Assembly (NCBI GenBank): GCA_037445065.1
Contig: JBBILD010000003.1
Location: 96,001-160,000, forward strand
Length of the DNA: 64,000 bases
Direction: 5' to 3'
Source: Myxococcales bacterium
Lineage (GTDB): Bacteria > Desulfobacterota > Binatia > HRBIN30
The notes below the pieces were generated by a model, which was not told the origin of the DNA, did no database searches, and worked only from the letters and a program-made list of their open reading frames with translations. Within the stretch, counting starts at the first letter, position 1. Each line of letters opens with the position of its first letter. Made by a program: the position numbers and the translations under genes. This document shows positions 1 to 9,493 of this stretch, in pieces.

Positions 1-914
1 TTGGTCACACCCTGGATCAACCAGGAGCAACGTTCCGGGCCGAGATCGTACGCTCCCGGCAAGCCGAGCAAGCGCTGGGTAAACGCGTTGTCCCAGTGGA
101 CCCGCTGCGGCGGTTCGGGTACCCCCTGCTCGTTGGGAATCATCAGCGCCGGGTGCTTTTCGTAAAGCTGAGCGGCAACCTTGTTCCCTACGAGGTAAAT
201 CCCGAAGTACGACTCGAAGGCGATCTCGGCAGTGGGGGTGAGCGGGCCTTTGATCAACCGATGCACGGGTTCGCCGATCTGCACATCGTCCCAGTACCGC
301 TCAGCGGTGCGCTGCTCGTTGCGGTACTCCTCGAAGAAGCGGTGGATGTCCTCTTTGCTCCATTGTGCGAGCTGGATGTGGCCGTACTTTTTCTTTTCTG
401 CAGTTTTTTGGCGCTCGACCCGGATCCACGTGTCGTTGCGCAGGCCAATGTAGTTGCCGTCTTGATCGTAATACTTGGCCTCGTAGGTCTGATACACAGC
501 TCGACCGCCGCCGAACGTGCTCTCTTTCTCGCGCACTTCCTTGAGGTAAGAATTGGCGCGAATCCGGTCCCCGAGCATGGGCGGTCGTTCCCACTCGTAA
601 TAAGACCCAGTCCAAATCGAATGTACGCCGGGAAGACCCTCGGGAAGGCCCGAGTGACCCACAGCGCGCAGCGTGTCCATTGTCTGCACGATGATCGGAG
701 GGGCGAGCAGTGTGCCCCAGCGGGTTTTCCGCGCGTATTCCTCGTCCAGGTACATGGGGCTCAGATCGCCAATCGCCAACGCCAAGTGGTAGATTGCGTC
801 GCGCGTGATCTCGGTCCGCCAAGGGCGGCGCCCAGTGAAGCCTTGGCCGATGCGAGCCCGCAACCGTGCGAGCCCCTCGTCGGTGATGCGGCCGTAGGTG
901 CCCGAGTTCGCCAT
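1..914 (-). CDS. MaoC/FAS1-like (hotdog-fold) dehydratase domain protein, truncated at window start
   Basis: Not in ORF track. Manual minus-strand translation from ATG at 914 (RBS AGGAGG): MANSGTYGRITDEGLARLRARIG...DAIYHLALAIGDLSPMYLDEEYARKTRWGTLLAPP..., a typical MaoC_dehydrat_N motif; frame open to position 1. Confidence 0.8.
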   Translation of the reverse strand, partial: MANSGTYGRITDEGLARLRARIGQGFTGRRPWRTEITRDAIYHLALAIGDLSPMYLDEEYARKTRWGTLLAPPIIVQTMDTLRAVGHSGLPEGLPGVHSIWTGSYYEWERPPMLGDRIRANSYLKEVREKESTFGGGRAVYQTYEAKYYDQDGNYIGLRNDTWIRVERQKTAEKKKYGHIQLAQWSKEDIHRFFEEYRNEQRTAERYWDDVQIGEPVHRLIKGPLTPTAEIAFESYFGIYLVGNKVAAQLYEKHPALMIPNEQGVPEPPQRVHWDNAFTQRLLGLPGAYDLGPERCSWLIQGVT

Positions 915-923
915 GCCTGCCTC

Positions 924-1631
924 CTAGCTGCTTTTTCTCCGGGGACGCTTCCTCTGTAAATGTGGCCACTGTCCGTTCGCAGGCCCGATGAGCAAGCGGT
1001 ACACGGCCTTCTCCAGGATCCGCCGCTGGATTTCGAGCGCTTCTTTGCGGAATGGGTTGGCCTGCGGGTTCAAGGCGCGCAGGGCGTTGACGTTGGTGAA
1101 GTAGGCGAACACCATCCCGAACATCGCGAGCGCGAGCTGCGGTAACTCCTCCTCTGACCAGCCCGCACGCTTTGCAGCTTGCTCGATGACACCGACCCCG
1201 GTGCGATACATGGGCCGCAACCAGCGCGCCAATAAACGCAAACCGCGCGGACTCTCATCGAGCAAAGCCCGTTGCATGAGGCGAGCCAGATGGGGGTGTT
1301 GGGCGAGGTGTTCGAGCAGGCGCTCCAGCGTGGTCCGAATGCGCTCCGGATCCGGAACTTCTGCGGACCACGATTCTTGGATGATGTTCACGATGGGCTG
1401 CAGCCCGCGCTCCAGCACAGCGTCGTACAACGCCTGTTTGCTTGCGAAGTGGTTGTACAAGCTGGGTGCCGTCAACTCCATGGCTTGCGCCAGATCGCGC
1501 AAAGTGAGGCCATCGAACCCGTAGAGTGCGAACAGGCGCTCGGCGGTGTCCAGAATCAGCTCGCGGGTCGGGATCTGCGGTGCCTCAGCCCGTTTCGTCC
1601 TGCTTGCTTTTCCTTGCGCCCGCGCAGCCAC
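924..1631 (-). CDS. TetR/AcrR family transcriptional regulator
   Basis: N-terminal HTH TRELILDTAERLFALYGFDGLTLRDLAQAMELTAPSLYNHFASKQALY. Confidence 0.93.
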   Translation of the reverse strand: MAARAQGKASRTKRAEAPQIPTRELILDTAERLFALYGFDGLTLRDLAQAMELTAPSLYNHFASKQALYDAVLERGLQPIVNIIQESWSAEVPDPERIRTTLERLLEHLAQHPHLARLMQRALLDESPRGLRLLARWLRPMYRTGVGVIEQAAKRAGWSEEELPQLALAMFGMVFAYFTNVNALRALNPQANPFRKEALEIQRRILEKAVYRLLIGPANGQWPHLQRKRPRRKSS

Positions 1632-1653
1632 AGTGCCCGGGTCACTATCAAAA

Positions 1654-1667
1654 TGAACAACTGTTCG
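1654..1667. promoter_or_regulatory. Candidate TetR operator (TGAAC-N4-GTT pseudopalindrome) upstream of tetR
   Basis: TGAACAACTGTTCG overlaps a minus-strand TTGACG -35-like hexamer (1666-1671); similar sites at 2538 and 8265. Confidence 0.55.
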
Positions 1668-2444
1668 TCAACGCTGCGGCACCCAGCGTGGCTTCCGCTT
1701 CTCCAGGAAGGCGGCGAAACCCTCGCGCACTTCGTCCGAAGCGAGCGACTCGGCAAACATGGCAAAGTCGAAGGCCGGAAGCTGGCGGGCAAAATCGCGC
1801 TTGAGGAATGTGCGTGCGCGAGGCGCGGTCTCGCATACCTGGGTGACGATTTCTTCCGCGGCAGCGTCGAGATCGCGATCGGGAACCATGCGGCTCACCA
1901 GACCCATGGCGTGGGCTTCGGGAGCGGGCACGATGCGCGCGGTAAACAGCAGGTCCTTGGCGCGTGCGATGCCGATCCGAGAGGCCAAGCGCGCGCCAAG
2001 GAAGCAGTCCGCAACGCCGCGCAACAGTTCTGGCGCACGAAAGGTGGCGCTCTCGGCCGCCACCGATAAGTCGCTGGTGAGAACCAAGTTCAGCCCGCCG
2101 CCCTGGCAAATGCCGTTGATGACCGTCAGGATCACCTTGGGGCAGCGCTCGAACTCGACGAACGGCAAGAGGTCGAAGCGATCGGTTTCACGATCCAAGG
2201 GAGTGTGACCTTCGTGCTGGCCGCCCATCTCGCCGCCACAGCAAAACACCTCGCCGCGGCCACGCACGAGAAGCACGTGTACCGCAGGGAGTTTTTCTGC
2301 CAGAACCGCGGCTTTCTTGAGGCCATGGTACATTTCAATCGTGAGCGCGTTGCGCCGCTCGGGGCGGTCAATGATGACGTGGAGCACCGGACCATCGAGA
2401 CTCGCGTGCAAAAACCGCGATCCGAGGTCGATCCGTTCAGCCAT
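1668..2444 (-). CDS. Enoyl-CoA hydratase/isomerase (crotonase) family protein
   Basis: C-terminal part of the track ORF 1668..3992; start MAERIDLG at 2444; IDRPERRNALT, INGICQGGG, FRAPELLRG, EGFAAFLEKRKPRW. Confidence 0.9.
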   Translation of the reverse strand: MAERIDLGSRFLHASLDGPVLHVIIDRPERRNALTIEMYHGLKKAAVLAEKLPAVHVLLVRGRGEVFCCGGEMGGQHEGHTPLDRETDRFDLLPFVEFERCPKVILTVINGICQGGGLNLVLTSDLSVAAESATFRAPELLRGVADCFLGARLASRIGIARAKDLLFTARIVPAPEAHAMGLVSRMVPDRDLDAAAEEIVTQVCETAPRARTFLKRDFARQLPAFDFAMFAESLASDEVREGFAAFLEKRKPRWVPQR

Positions 2445-2537
2445 GACGTCTTGTCCTCGCCCCGCGTCTCTACCACGGGCTCGGAGGGAACAGCTAGGGG
2501 GGGCGAACACTCTTGCCATGCGCGGCAACTCAAAGTA

Positions 2538-2551
2538 TGAACAACCGTTAG
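2538..2551. promoter_or_regulatory. Candidate TetR operator in the divergent crotonase/amidohydrolase promoter
   Basis: TGAACAACCGTTAG, 12/14 identical to the site at 1654-1667. Confidence 0.55.
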
Positions 2552-2600
2552 TTTGATTTTGAGGGTCGGTCGTACGACCGGGTCGTAAGGAGGAGTTCCG

Positions 2601-3722
2601 ATGGCGCGCGAGTACAGGTTGATTTCGGCGGATTCTCACATCCTCGAACCCCCGCACATCTGGAAGGAGTACATGCCGAAGAAGTTTCACGACAAGGCCC
2701 CGAAGGTGGTCCCGGATGGAGACGGGGGAGAGGCTTGGCAGTTTTCGCCCGACATCCCGCCGGCCCCGATCGGTATTTACGCGTCGGCGGGCCGCAAGCA
2801 CGAGGAGGTACGCTGGACGGGCGTGAGGTTCTCCGACGCGAACCAGGGAAATTTCCACGCCATCCCGCGCATGCAGGAGCAAGACGTGGACGGCATTGAT
2901 GCAGAAGTGCTCTACGGTTCCGCGCGCATGATGAGCCACTTCTTTTCCGATCCAGACCCCGAGTTCCAGATGGCCGGTGTCCAGGCGTACAACAACTGGC
3001 TCGCTGAGGAATTCGTGAAAGTAGCCCCGGACCGTTTCATCGGGTTGGCTTGCATGCCGGCGCTGAGCGTGGAGCACTGCATCAAAGAGATGGAGCGCTG
3101 CCTCAAGCTCGGGATGAAGGGCGTATGGTTGAACACTATGCCGAGCGTCGGCCCGACGATCCGCCCAGAAGACGACCCGTTCTGGGATGCCTGCCAAGCG
3201 CTTGGCGTGCCGGTGCACTTTCACGTGCGCGTCATGCGGCAGGTGCAAAAGCCCAAACCGAAAGGGGTGCGTGGCGACGACCTCACCGGCCTCGCCACCG
3301 TAGGGGCGGCAAACATGATCGTGGATATGCCGGAAATCATCAGCTCTGGCGTGCACGATCGCTTCCCGAACCTGACCTGGGTGGCGGTGGAAACCGGAGC
3401 GGGCTGGGTGCCGTACATTCTCGAGCAAATGGACGACCGCTGGTGGCGAAACCGCTGGTGGCTGCCAGTGAAACTGCAGCATCCGCCGAGCTTTTATTTC
3501 CGCCGCAATTGGCGCATCGCCTTCATGATCGATCACTACGCCGTGCGTAACCGGCATGCGATCGGTGTGGACAACATGCTGTGGTCTACGGATTATCCGC
3601 ACCACGGGTGCGATTGGCCGGAGACTCGCCGCGTTGTGGAAGAAATGTTCCGCGACGTCCCGCAAGAGGAGCGCCACAAGATGTGCGCGCTGAACGCAGC
3701 CAAGCTGTACGGTTTGGTTTGA
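2601..3722 (+). CDS. Amidohydrolase family protein (Amidohydro_2 type)
   Basis: ISADSHILEP, AYNNWLAEEF, PVHFH, ETGAGWVP, WSTDYPH motifs; RBS AAGGAGG. Confidence 0.92.
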   Translation: MAREYRLISADSHILEPPHIWKEYMPKKFHDKAPKVVPDGDGGEAWQFSPDIPPAPIGIYASAGRKHEEVRWTGVRFSDANQGNFHAIPRMQEQDVDGIDAEVLYGSARMMSHFFSDPDPEFQMAGVQAYNNWLAEEFVKVAPDRFIGLACMPALSVEHCIKEMERCLKLGMKGVWLNTMPSVGPTIRPEDDPFWDACQALGVPVHFHVRVMRQVQKPKPKGVRGDDLTGLATVGAANMIVDMPEIISSGVHDRFPNLTWVAVETGAGWVPYILEQMDDRWWRNRWWLPVKLQHPPSFYFRRNWRIAFMIDHYAVRNRHAIGVDNMLWSTDYPHHGCDWPETRRVVEEMFRDVPQEERHKMCALNAAKLYGLV

Positions 3723-4299
3723 GCCCCAGCCCGAACCAGCGACCTGGCGCGGCTTGAGCCTGGTCGTTGGCTCGGATGCGTGGCGGGCCCGAGGCCACTC
3801 ACTACCGCTGGAACGTGCGTATCCCCCCGTTTCGGACCCCACGCGGAACGAGGGAATGCGGCGGCTCTGGGCCGACCCAGTCTTCCCATACGGCGTACTG
3901 CTCCGACGGCGGGACGGGAGTGCACAGCGCCAGCAGGTGTGGGACCGAACCTGGTCGCCGCTCGGGCGTGGCTCGCAGGGCAGCCCTTTCAAGCGTGGGC
4001 TGCGCGTGGAATGCGGCCCTGGTGCCTAGGGATGCCCTGGGCGCTCATCCGCAGTGCCTTTAGCGCCAAGCACGGTGGTGGTATCGCGCACGTTCGGTGT
4101 CGGTCGTGGTGGCGGCAAACCAAGAGCGGGGCAAGGCGTTGCCGCTACGACTGTCTGTGCGATCGCGACGCAGCGCTGAGGGCGGCAGGCGCGACCGCAA
4201 CGGTCGCGCTCGGGCAGACGATTCCACGCCCAACGAACGAGAGGTGGGGTGCGGCAGGGCAGGTAAAGGCAACGCTGAGTGCCGGTGAGACCGTGCCGG

Positions 4300-5556
4300 T
4301 CAAATGTTTGCTCCGTCTTCGTTTTGCAGAGGCGGTCTTTGTGCTTGCCCGCGTTCGGAAGAACCACAGACGGGCGAGTCGCACCGCGGCAGACCACCAG
4401 GATCACCCTGACCATGCGCGAAAGCGGCGGCGGGCAAGCAAAGCGCTGCACGCGGGAGATGGGACCTCGCGATGTTGCTTGCTGGTGGTTTTGGAGTCAG
4501 AAGAAGTTGGGGCTGCGGATGGTTTACCGGTGCCTTGGCGGTTGTCCCCGTGGTAAGCCAATCCGCCGGTCTGCGGACGAATGAGTGTGCCCAGCTCCGT
4601 CGCGCTAGGAGCAGATCGAACTCCCACGCGATGGTCACGCGCAGGGCATCCAGTTCGCCGCCGAGTTTGCTCAGCGCCCGCTCGGCCACCACCCGCGCTT
4701 GTTGCTCGGGATCCGGCAGGGGCTCGCGCACGAAGACAGAGACCTGCACAAAGTGGGTCTGTGCGATCTCTCCTTGCGCGCCGCGCCACGAAAAGACGCC
4801 GCGATAGACTTCGGCGCGCAGCACTTCTTCGAGTTCTTCGATCGCGTTTTGTGCTTGCACGACTTCCCACCAACGCTGGCCGCCGCCCCAGGCATAGCTG
4901 AGGGTGGCTCCGAGGCTAGCGCACAAAAGCAGCCAAAGTGACAGCCACCGCGGCGCGGGAGGATGCTCGCTCGTTAGTGGCGCGCCGCCTCCGGCAGATG
5001 CGGTGGTTGAAACGGGGCTTGCCGATCGTTCCACCACCACGCGGGTTCCGAAAATCGCGTCGTGCAAGGCCCTTCCGCTGGTTCCACTCCGCAAGTAAGA
5101 CCACAGCAGGGCCGATCCCAATCCCCAAGTGAGGGTGAAGCAGCTACCGTTGATGGCCATTGCCACTGGCAGCGACTCGGGGAAAAAAAACCAGCCGCGC
5201 GTCAAAAGCGGTAGGAGCAAAAGTGCGGCACGCGCGATCCCTCGCTCGAGGGAAAGGAACCCGCCGTCTACAGTGACCGTGCGTAGCCGCAGAAGTCGCT
5301 TGCCGAATGTACGCCCTTGCGTGAGCGTGCTGTTTTGGCCGCCGATGTAAGCGAGGAAAAAGAGGGCCCCGATCAGCCGGCCGCGCCGCCCCATGGCGAG
5401 GAACCGGTCGAGGAAGAGTGCGGCCAACACTTCGCCCACCAGCCACAAGATGGCGAGATCAATGGCCGCGGCTGCCAGGCGGCGCCGGGCACTGGCCGGG
5501 ATTGGTGCTTCGATGAGAGGCGCGGCGCCCTGGTGGTGCGATTGCGGCTGTTTCAT
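4300..5556 (-). CDS. RDD family membrane protein
   Basis: RRRLAAAAIDL, GRTFGKRLLRLRTV, RALHDAIFGTRVV; several TM segments; last ~90 aa low-complexity and uncertain. Confidence 0.8.
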   Translation of the reverse strand: MKQPQSHHQGAAPLIEAPIPASARRRLAAAAIDLAILWLVGEVLAALFLDRFLAMGRRGRLIGALFFLAYIGGQNSTLTQGRTFGKRLLRLRTVTVDGGFLSLERGIARAALLLLPLLTRGWFFFPESLPVAMAINGSCFTLTWGLGSALLWSYLRSGTSGRALHDAIFGTRVVVERSASPVSTTASAGGGAPLTSEHPPAPRWLSLWLLLCASLGATLSYAWGGGQRWWEVVQAQNAIEELEEVLRAEVYRGVFSWRGAQGEIAQTHFVQVSVFVREPLPDPEQQARVVAERALSKLGGELDALRVTIAWEFDLLLARRSWAHSFVRRPADWLTTGTTAKAPVNHPQPQLLLTPKPPASNIARSHLPRAALCLPAAAFAHGQGDPGGLPRCDSPVCGSSERGQAQRPPLQNEDGANI

Positions 5557-5645
5557 CGTCGGTGGTGGTCGTTCTCGGCCGAGCACTGTTCGAGCAAGAC
5601 CGTTGCCCGATGGCCGTGCCCGGCATCGAGGTTTCGGAGGGCGCT

Positions 5646-6959
5646 TTACGCCCCCGCCAGGTCTACGTCCAGCACCCGTGCTGCCTTGTAGGCGAATCTG
5701 GGTACCGTGCCGCGCGGCACGAGCTCGATGTTTGCCTCGACGCCGAGTTGCGCCCGGAAGCGATCGCGGAGTCGCTCGGTCAATCCGGATTCTGCCCCCA
5801 CTCTTGCCGGGTCGAACTCGACGCGCACGCGCAGTACGGCTTGCGGAGGGCGGGGGCGCAAAATCTGGTACTCGGCAGATGGTGAGGAGATTTCTGGGAA
5901 CTCGTACAGGATCAGTGCCACATCAATGGGGAGAATCTCCCGGCCTGCGACCACGGTGATGTCGCGCACCCGTCCTTCGTAGAACAGCCGACGGTGGGTT
6001 TCCCCGCAGGGGCAAGGCTCCTCATTCCAGCGCACGATATCTTCCAGGTCGTAGCGGAGAAGGAAGTTGTCCTTCTCGAGAACGCTGACCACCAAGTTGC
6101 CGCGCTCGCCGTGGCCAAGGACCTTGCCGGTGTGGCGGTCGATGACCTCGACAATGGCGAGGTCCTCGGCGATGTGCGCGCCGTCCTGTTGCTCGCACGC
6201 GCTCCCTAGAAGCGGCAACGCTTCGAGTCCACTCGACACCATGGCGTATTGCTGCGCGGGATGATCACCGGCCATAAGCAGATTCAAGTCGCGCTGCGGG
6301 TCGAGCCCCCGCGCTGCCGCAGCCTCCGCGTACGCTGTGGCTACGTTCCCGAACAAACGGTAGTGATCGGGGCGCACTCTGCGCCACACCTCGAGCACGT
6401 CTTCGATCGGGTGCAATTCACCCGGCGGACCGCTGGGAACGTTCAGGATTCCGAGCCCCTCGATTCCGTGGCTAAAGTGCCAGCCACCAGCGTTCAGTCC
6501 GAAGGGATGCGCGTTCGCAAGGACTTGCCCGGGCCGGATCCCCCACCTCCAGCGTGCCCGGAAGGAAGCTTGGTAATCCACTGCGAGGTCGCGCTTGGTC
6601 CAAAGAATCCAGGTCGGACGCCCACTCGTACCGGTCGACGCTCCGCACCGCACCACTGCTTCCAAAGGAGCGCCGCGGTAGTCTCCGAACGGAGGAAACT
6701 CTTCCTCGTTTTGCCGGAGTTCGGCCTTGACCGTAGTCGGCAGGAGGGCGAGATCGTCCAGGGAACGGAGTGCGCCGGGATTCAACCCAGCGGCGCGGAA
6801 CTTGCGCAAGAAGAAGGGGATCGGTGTGCTCCAGATGCGTTCCCACTGGCGGCGTAACCGCTCCCACTGTAACCGGCGGATTTGCTCCCGCGGCAGAGTT
6901 TGCAATTGTGGGTCGAAGAAGCGCTGCGATGGTTCCCGGGGAGCGTTTTGTGTTACCAC
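5646..6959 (-). CDS. Phenylacetate--CoA ligase (PaaK)-like AMP-binding protein, paralog 1
   Basis: LPTTVKAELR, P-loop STGTSGRP, LLRYDLEDIV, CPCGETHRR, GRVRD. Confidence 0.85.
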   Translation of the reverse strand: MVTQNAPREPSQRFFDPQLQTLPREQIRRLQWERLRRQWERIWSTPIPFFLRKFRAAGLNPGALRSLDDLALLPTTVKAELRQNEEEFPPFGDYRGAPLEAVVRCGASTGTSGRPTWILWTKRDLAVDYQASFRARWRWGIRPGQVLANAHPFGLNAGGWHFSHGIEGLGILNVPSGPPGELHPIEDVLEVWRRVRPDHYRLFGNVATAYAEAAAARGLDPQRDLNLLMAGDHPAQQYAMVSSGLEALPLLGSACEQQDGAHIAEDLAIVEVIDRHTGKVLGHGERGNLVVSVLEKDNFLLRYDLEDIVRWNEEPCPCGETHRRLFYEGRVRDITVVAGREILPIDVALILYEFPEISSPSAEYQILRPRPPQAVLRVRVEFDPARVGAESGLTERLRDRFRAQLGVEANIELVPRGTVPRFAYKAARVLDVDLAGA

Positions 6960-6974
6960 GGAGGTGCCTCCTGT

Positions 6975-8252
6975 TCAGGCAAGCGCGTGGTTCTTGCCCG
7001 GCCGCAAATCCACCACCGTGTCGTTGTAGGGCGGCGTGCCGGCTCCGGCGGGCAGTTGCTGCGCCGGTACGATTTCCACGTCCATTTGAATCAAGATCTG
7101 CGCTTTCACGGCACGGGCGACCTCTTCGGCCAACTCAGTGGCGTCTGCCCGCTCCTCTACGCCGAGCCGCAAGCGCGCGCGCTCATAACGCTCGGCTGGC
7201 CGATGCTCGATTACGATCTGGAACGAGCGCACTTGTGGAAACGCTTGCAGCACGGCCCGCACTTGGGCAGGGTGCACAAGGACCCCTTTGATTTTGCGAA
7301 TTGCCCCAACTTGCCCGACAAAGCGCAAGCGCGGCGCCGGGTCGCCGCACGGGCACGGCTCGGGTAGGAGTTGGAAAACGTCGCCTGGTGCGTAGCGCAC
7401 GAGCGGCAAGGCGCGGGGGCCGAGCTGGGTTGCCACCAGCTCGCCGGCTCCCCCTGGTGCCACCGGCTCGCCGGTGTGCGGGTCGAGAAACTCGCAAAAC
7501 AGGTCCTTGACGTGGATATGCATTCCATCGTGGACTCGGCACTCCCCAGCCAGCGGTCCAATTTGCGCTTCGCCGCAGTGGTCGAAGAGTTCGATGCCTA
7601 ACTTCTCCTCCAGTTCTGCACGCAGGCGCGAAGTGAGCGCTTCTGCGGTGGAGAAGCCCACGCGGTAGGCGAGGTCTCGCTTGGGGTCGAGCCCTAGCTT
7701 TACGGCTGTGTCTGCAAGGTGCGCCAGAAAGCTCGGAGTGCCCGCGTACACGGTGGGCTGCCAGGCCCGCGCCAGCTGTACTTGCAGCTCGCTGTTCCCG
7801 GTGCCTCCGTTGATCACCAGGCAGCCGGCTGCCTCGAAGGCCCTGTGCAAGCGCAGCCCGCCGGGCATAATATGATAAGAAAGGGTCACGTGCACCACTT
7901 CTCCCGGCCGTACCCCCATGCTGCGGATGGATTCCCTCAGGGTTTCCGTGCCTTGCACTTCTTCAGGCAGGCGGGGAAGAAAAATCGGGCCCGGCGAAGT
8001 GTGCAGGCTGCCAAACGCGGAGCGCGGCACGGCCAAAAACTCCCCGAACGGAGGGTGTGCCTGCTGATTGGCCACAAGTTCGCTCTTGCGCAGCAACGGA
8101 ACTCTTTGGCGAAAACACTCGTAGTCGCGCAGCTCTTCGAGGCCAACGCCACGCCCGGCGAAGACTCGCCGGTAATACGGTGAGTGCTCGAGAACCCAAG
8201 CGAGGGTATCGCGCACGCGGGAAAAGACCTCGGTGGTCGGCGGCCAGGTCAT
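6975..8252 (-). CDS. Phenylacetate--CoA ligase (PaaK)-like AMP-binding protein, paralog 2
   Basis: HSPYYRR, PLLRKSEL, GTPSF, GELVAT, PLVRYAPGD, CPCG, KIKGVLVHP. Confidence 0.85.
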   Translation of the reverse strand: MTWPPTTEVFSRVRDTLAWVLEHSPYYRRVFAGRGVGLEELRDYECFRQRVPLLRKSELVANQQAHPPFGEFLAVPRSAFGSLHTSPGPIFLPRLPEEVQGTETLRESIRSMGVRPGEVVHVTLSYHIMPGGLRLHRAFEAAGCLVINGGTGNSELQVQLARAWQPTVYAGTPSFLAHLADTAVKLGLDPKRDLAYRVGFSTAEALTSRLRAELEEKLGIELFDHCGEAQIGPLAGECRVHDGMHIHVKDLFCEFLDPHTGEPVAPGGAGELVATQLGPRALPLVRYAPGDVFQLLPEPCPCGDPAPRLRFVGQVGAIRKIKGVLVHPAQVRAVLQAFPQVRSFQIVIEHRPAERYERARLRLGVEERADATELAEEVARAVKAQILIQMDVEIVPAQQLPAGAGTPPYNDTVVDLRPGKNHALA

Positions 8253-8264
8253 CGCCGCGCTCGG

Positions 8265-8278
8265 TTAACAAACGTTCA
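8265..8278. promoter_or_regulatory. Candidate TetR operator upstream of the PaaK-like pair
   Basis: TTAACAAACGTTCA (minus strand TGAACGTTTGTTAA) fits AAC-N4-GTT; 13 bp upstream of the start codon at 8252. Confidence 0.5.
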
Positions 8279-8313
8279 GAACGCGCTCAAGCACGCACCC
8301 TCTCGCAGCTTGC

Positions 8314-8715
8314 CTACCGGGCAGCCCGACCGAGAAAGCGCGGGTCGGAGATACGCAGCTTGTCGGCCACCGTTTGTCGCACGTGATCGTGAATGGCCTT
8401 GCGCCGCTCCGGCGAACTCGGGCCTCCGTTGCGAATTTCTTCGCACAAGCGCTCCGTGTACGCGCGAACGAGCTGGCGCAGTTCGGCGGTGTTCTGCGGT
8501 GGCGCGTCACAGTCCGAGTAGAGTGCCGCGAGCCGCTCCCATTCTCGCCGCAAGTTGTCCTCCTCGAGTTCGATTTCGCGCCGCACAATGCCCACAGCGT
8601 TGGCAGCGACTCGCGCCAAAAACTGCGTGCGCCCGCTCAAGGCAGGCACGACCTCTTCCTCTAGGAAGCGTTGTACTGCGGTGAGGAGTTCGCTGGCGGT
8701 GGGGCGGTCTTGCAT
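8314..8715 (-). CDS. DUF6285 / LvaB-like small helical partner of phosphotransferase
   Basis: MQDRPTASELLTAVQRFLEEEVVPALSGRTQFLARVAANAVGIVRRE...DKLRISDPRFL. Confidence 0.75.
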   Translation of the reverse strand: MQDRPTASELLTAVQRFLEEEVVPALSGRTQFLARVAANAVGIVRREIELEEDNLRREWERLAALYSDCDAPPQNTAELRQLVRAYTERLCEEIRNGGPSSPERRKAIHDHVRQTVADKLRISDPRFLGRAAR

Positions 8716-8740
8716 CGGGACACCCATTCGAGGCGTCTGC

Positions 8741-9493
8741 TCAGGGCAAGCGCGATCGTTGCAACAGTTCGAAGAGTTGCGCGCAGTTTCCCACGCTGCG
8801 GTTTGCAACGATGGCGCACGCCAGTTGGCGGCGCATCACAGGGCTGCCAGCCGCGCGACCCTCCGAGCGCACTTCACCAACGCCGGGGACGAGAATGGTC
8901 ACATTGGTCAGTTGCACCGGGCCGTCCGGTCCGTGCAAGGTGCGCTCGGTTGTGAGTTGCACGCCCCGCGCGTAAGTGCCGAACATCCACTGCCCAGGCG
9001 GTGCAGCTTGGGTTCGGGTGATTTGCGTGACCCGAAGGGTGCCGGCCGCTTGGTTGGTTCCCAGTTGGCGCACATCGACACTGCTGGTCGCGGTGCTCTC
9101 GCCAGGGAAGAGTGGCACGGTCAAATACGGGAGGGGCGGTTCATAGGTGAGTTTGAGGCCGCGCGTGTAATCTTCCTCGCTGACCAACCACAGTGTGGTG
9201 CCATCGTCACGGATAATCACGCGCCCAGTCGCCATGCCGTCCTCGCTCAAGGAGACTTCGTACTCGTTGGCTGGCTCCAGCTTGCTGATGTGCTCCACTT
9301 GTAAGGCACTCGGGCGGAAGCCATCCGCGCTCGGCCGTTCGACAAGAAAGACAAAGTGGTCGCGGTCATGATGCGGAACAATTTCCGTCAGCGTCTTGGC
9401 CAGCGCGTCTCGCGCCGGTTTGCGTGCACTGCAACCTGTGTTGCCGGCACACAACGCGCACAGGAGCAGGGAAACAAAGACCCCGACTCTCAT
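8741..9493 (-). CDS. Hypothetical exported protein / probable lipoprotein
   Basis: Start MRVGVFVSLLLCALCAGNTGC overlaps the upstream stop (ATGA); hydrophobic signal with Cys; beta-rich body. Confidence 0.7.
   Translation of the reverse strand: MRVGVFVSLLLCALCAGNTGCSARKPARDALAKTLTEIVPHHDRDHFVFLVERPSADGFRPSALQVEHISKLEPANEYEVSLSEDGMATGRVIIRDDGTTLWLVSEEDYTRGLKLTYEPPLPYLTVPLFPGESTATSSVDVRQLGTNQAAGTLRVTQITRTQAAPPGQWMFGTYARGVQLTTERTLHGPDGPVQLTNVTILVPGVGEVRSEGRAAGSPVMRRQLACAIVANRSVGNCAQLFELLQRSRLP

Noticed and set aside
96..959. 287-aa plus-strand ORF
   Set aside because: Antisense shadow of the minus-strand MaoC-like gene, which has an RBS and family motifs
1668..3992. 774-aa ORF as a large fusion protein
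   Set aside because: Only 1668-2444 is crotonase-like; the rest is antisense to the amidohydrolase gene, a GC-rich shadow frame
3723..4299. Several overlapping ORFs between the amidohydrolase and RDD genes
   Set aside because: None has an RBS or protein-like features; treated as intergenic
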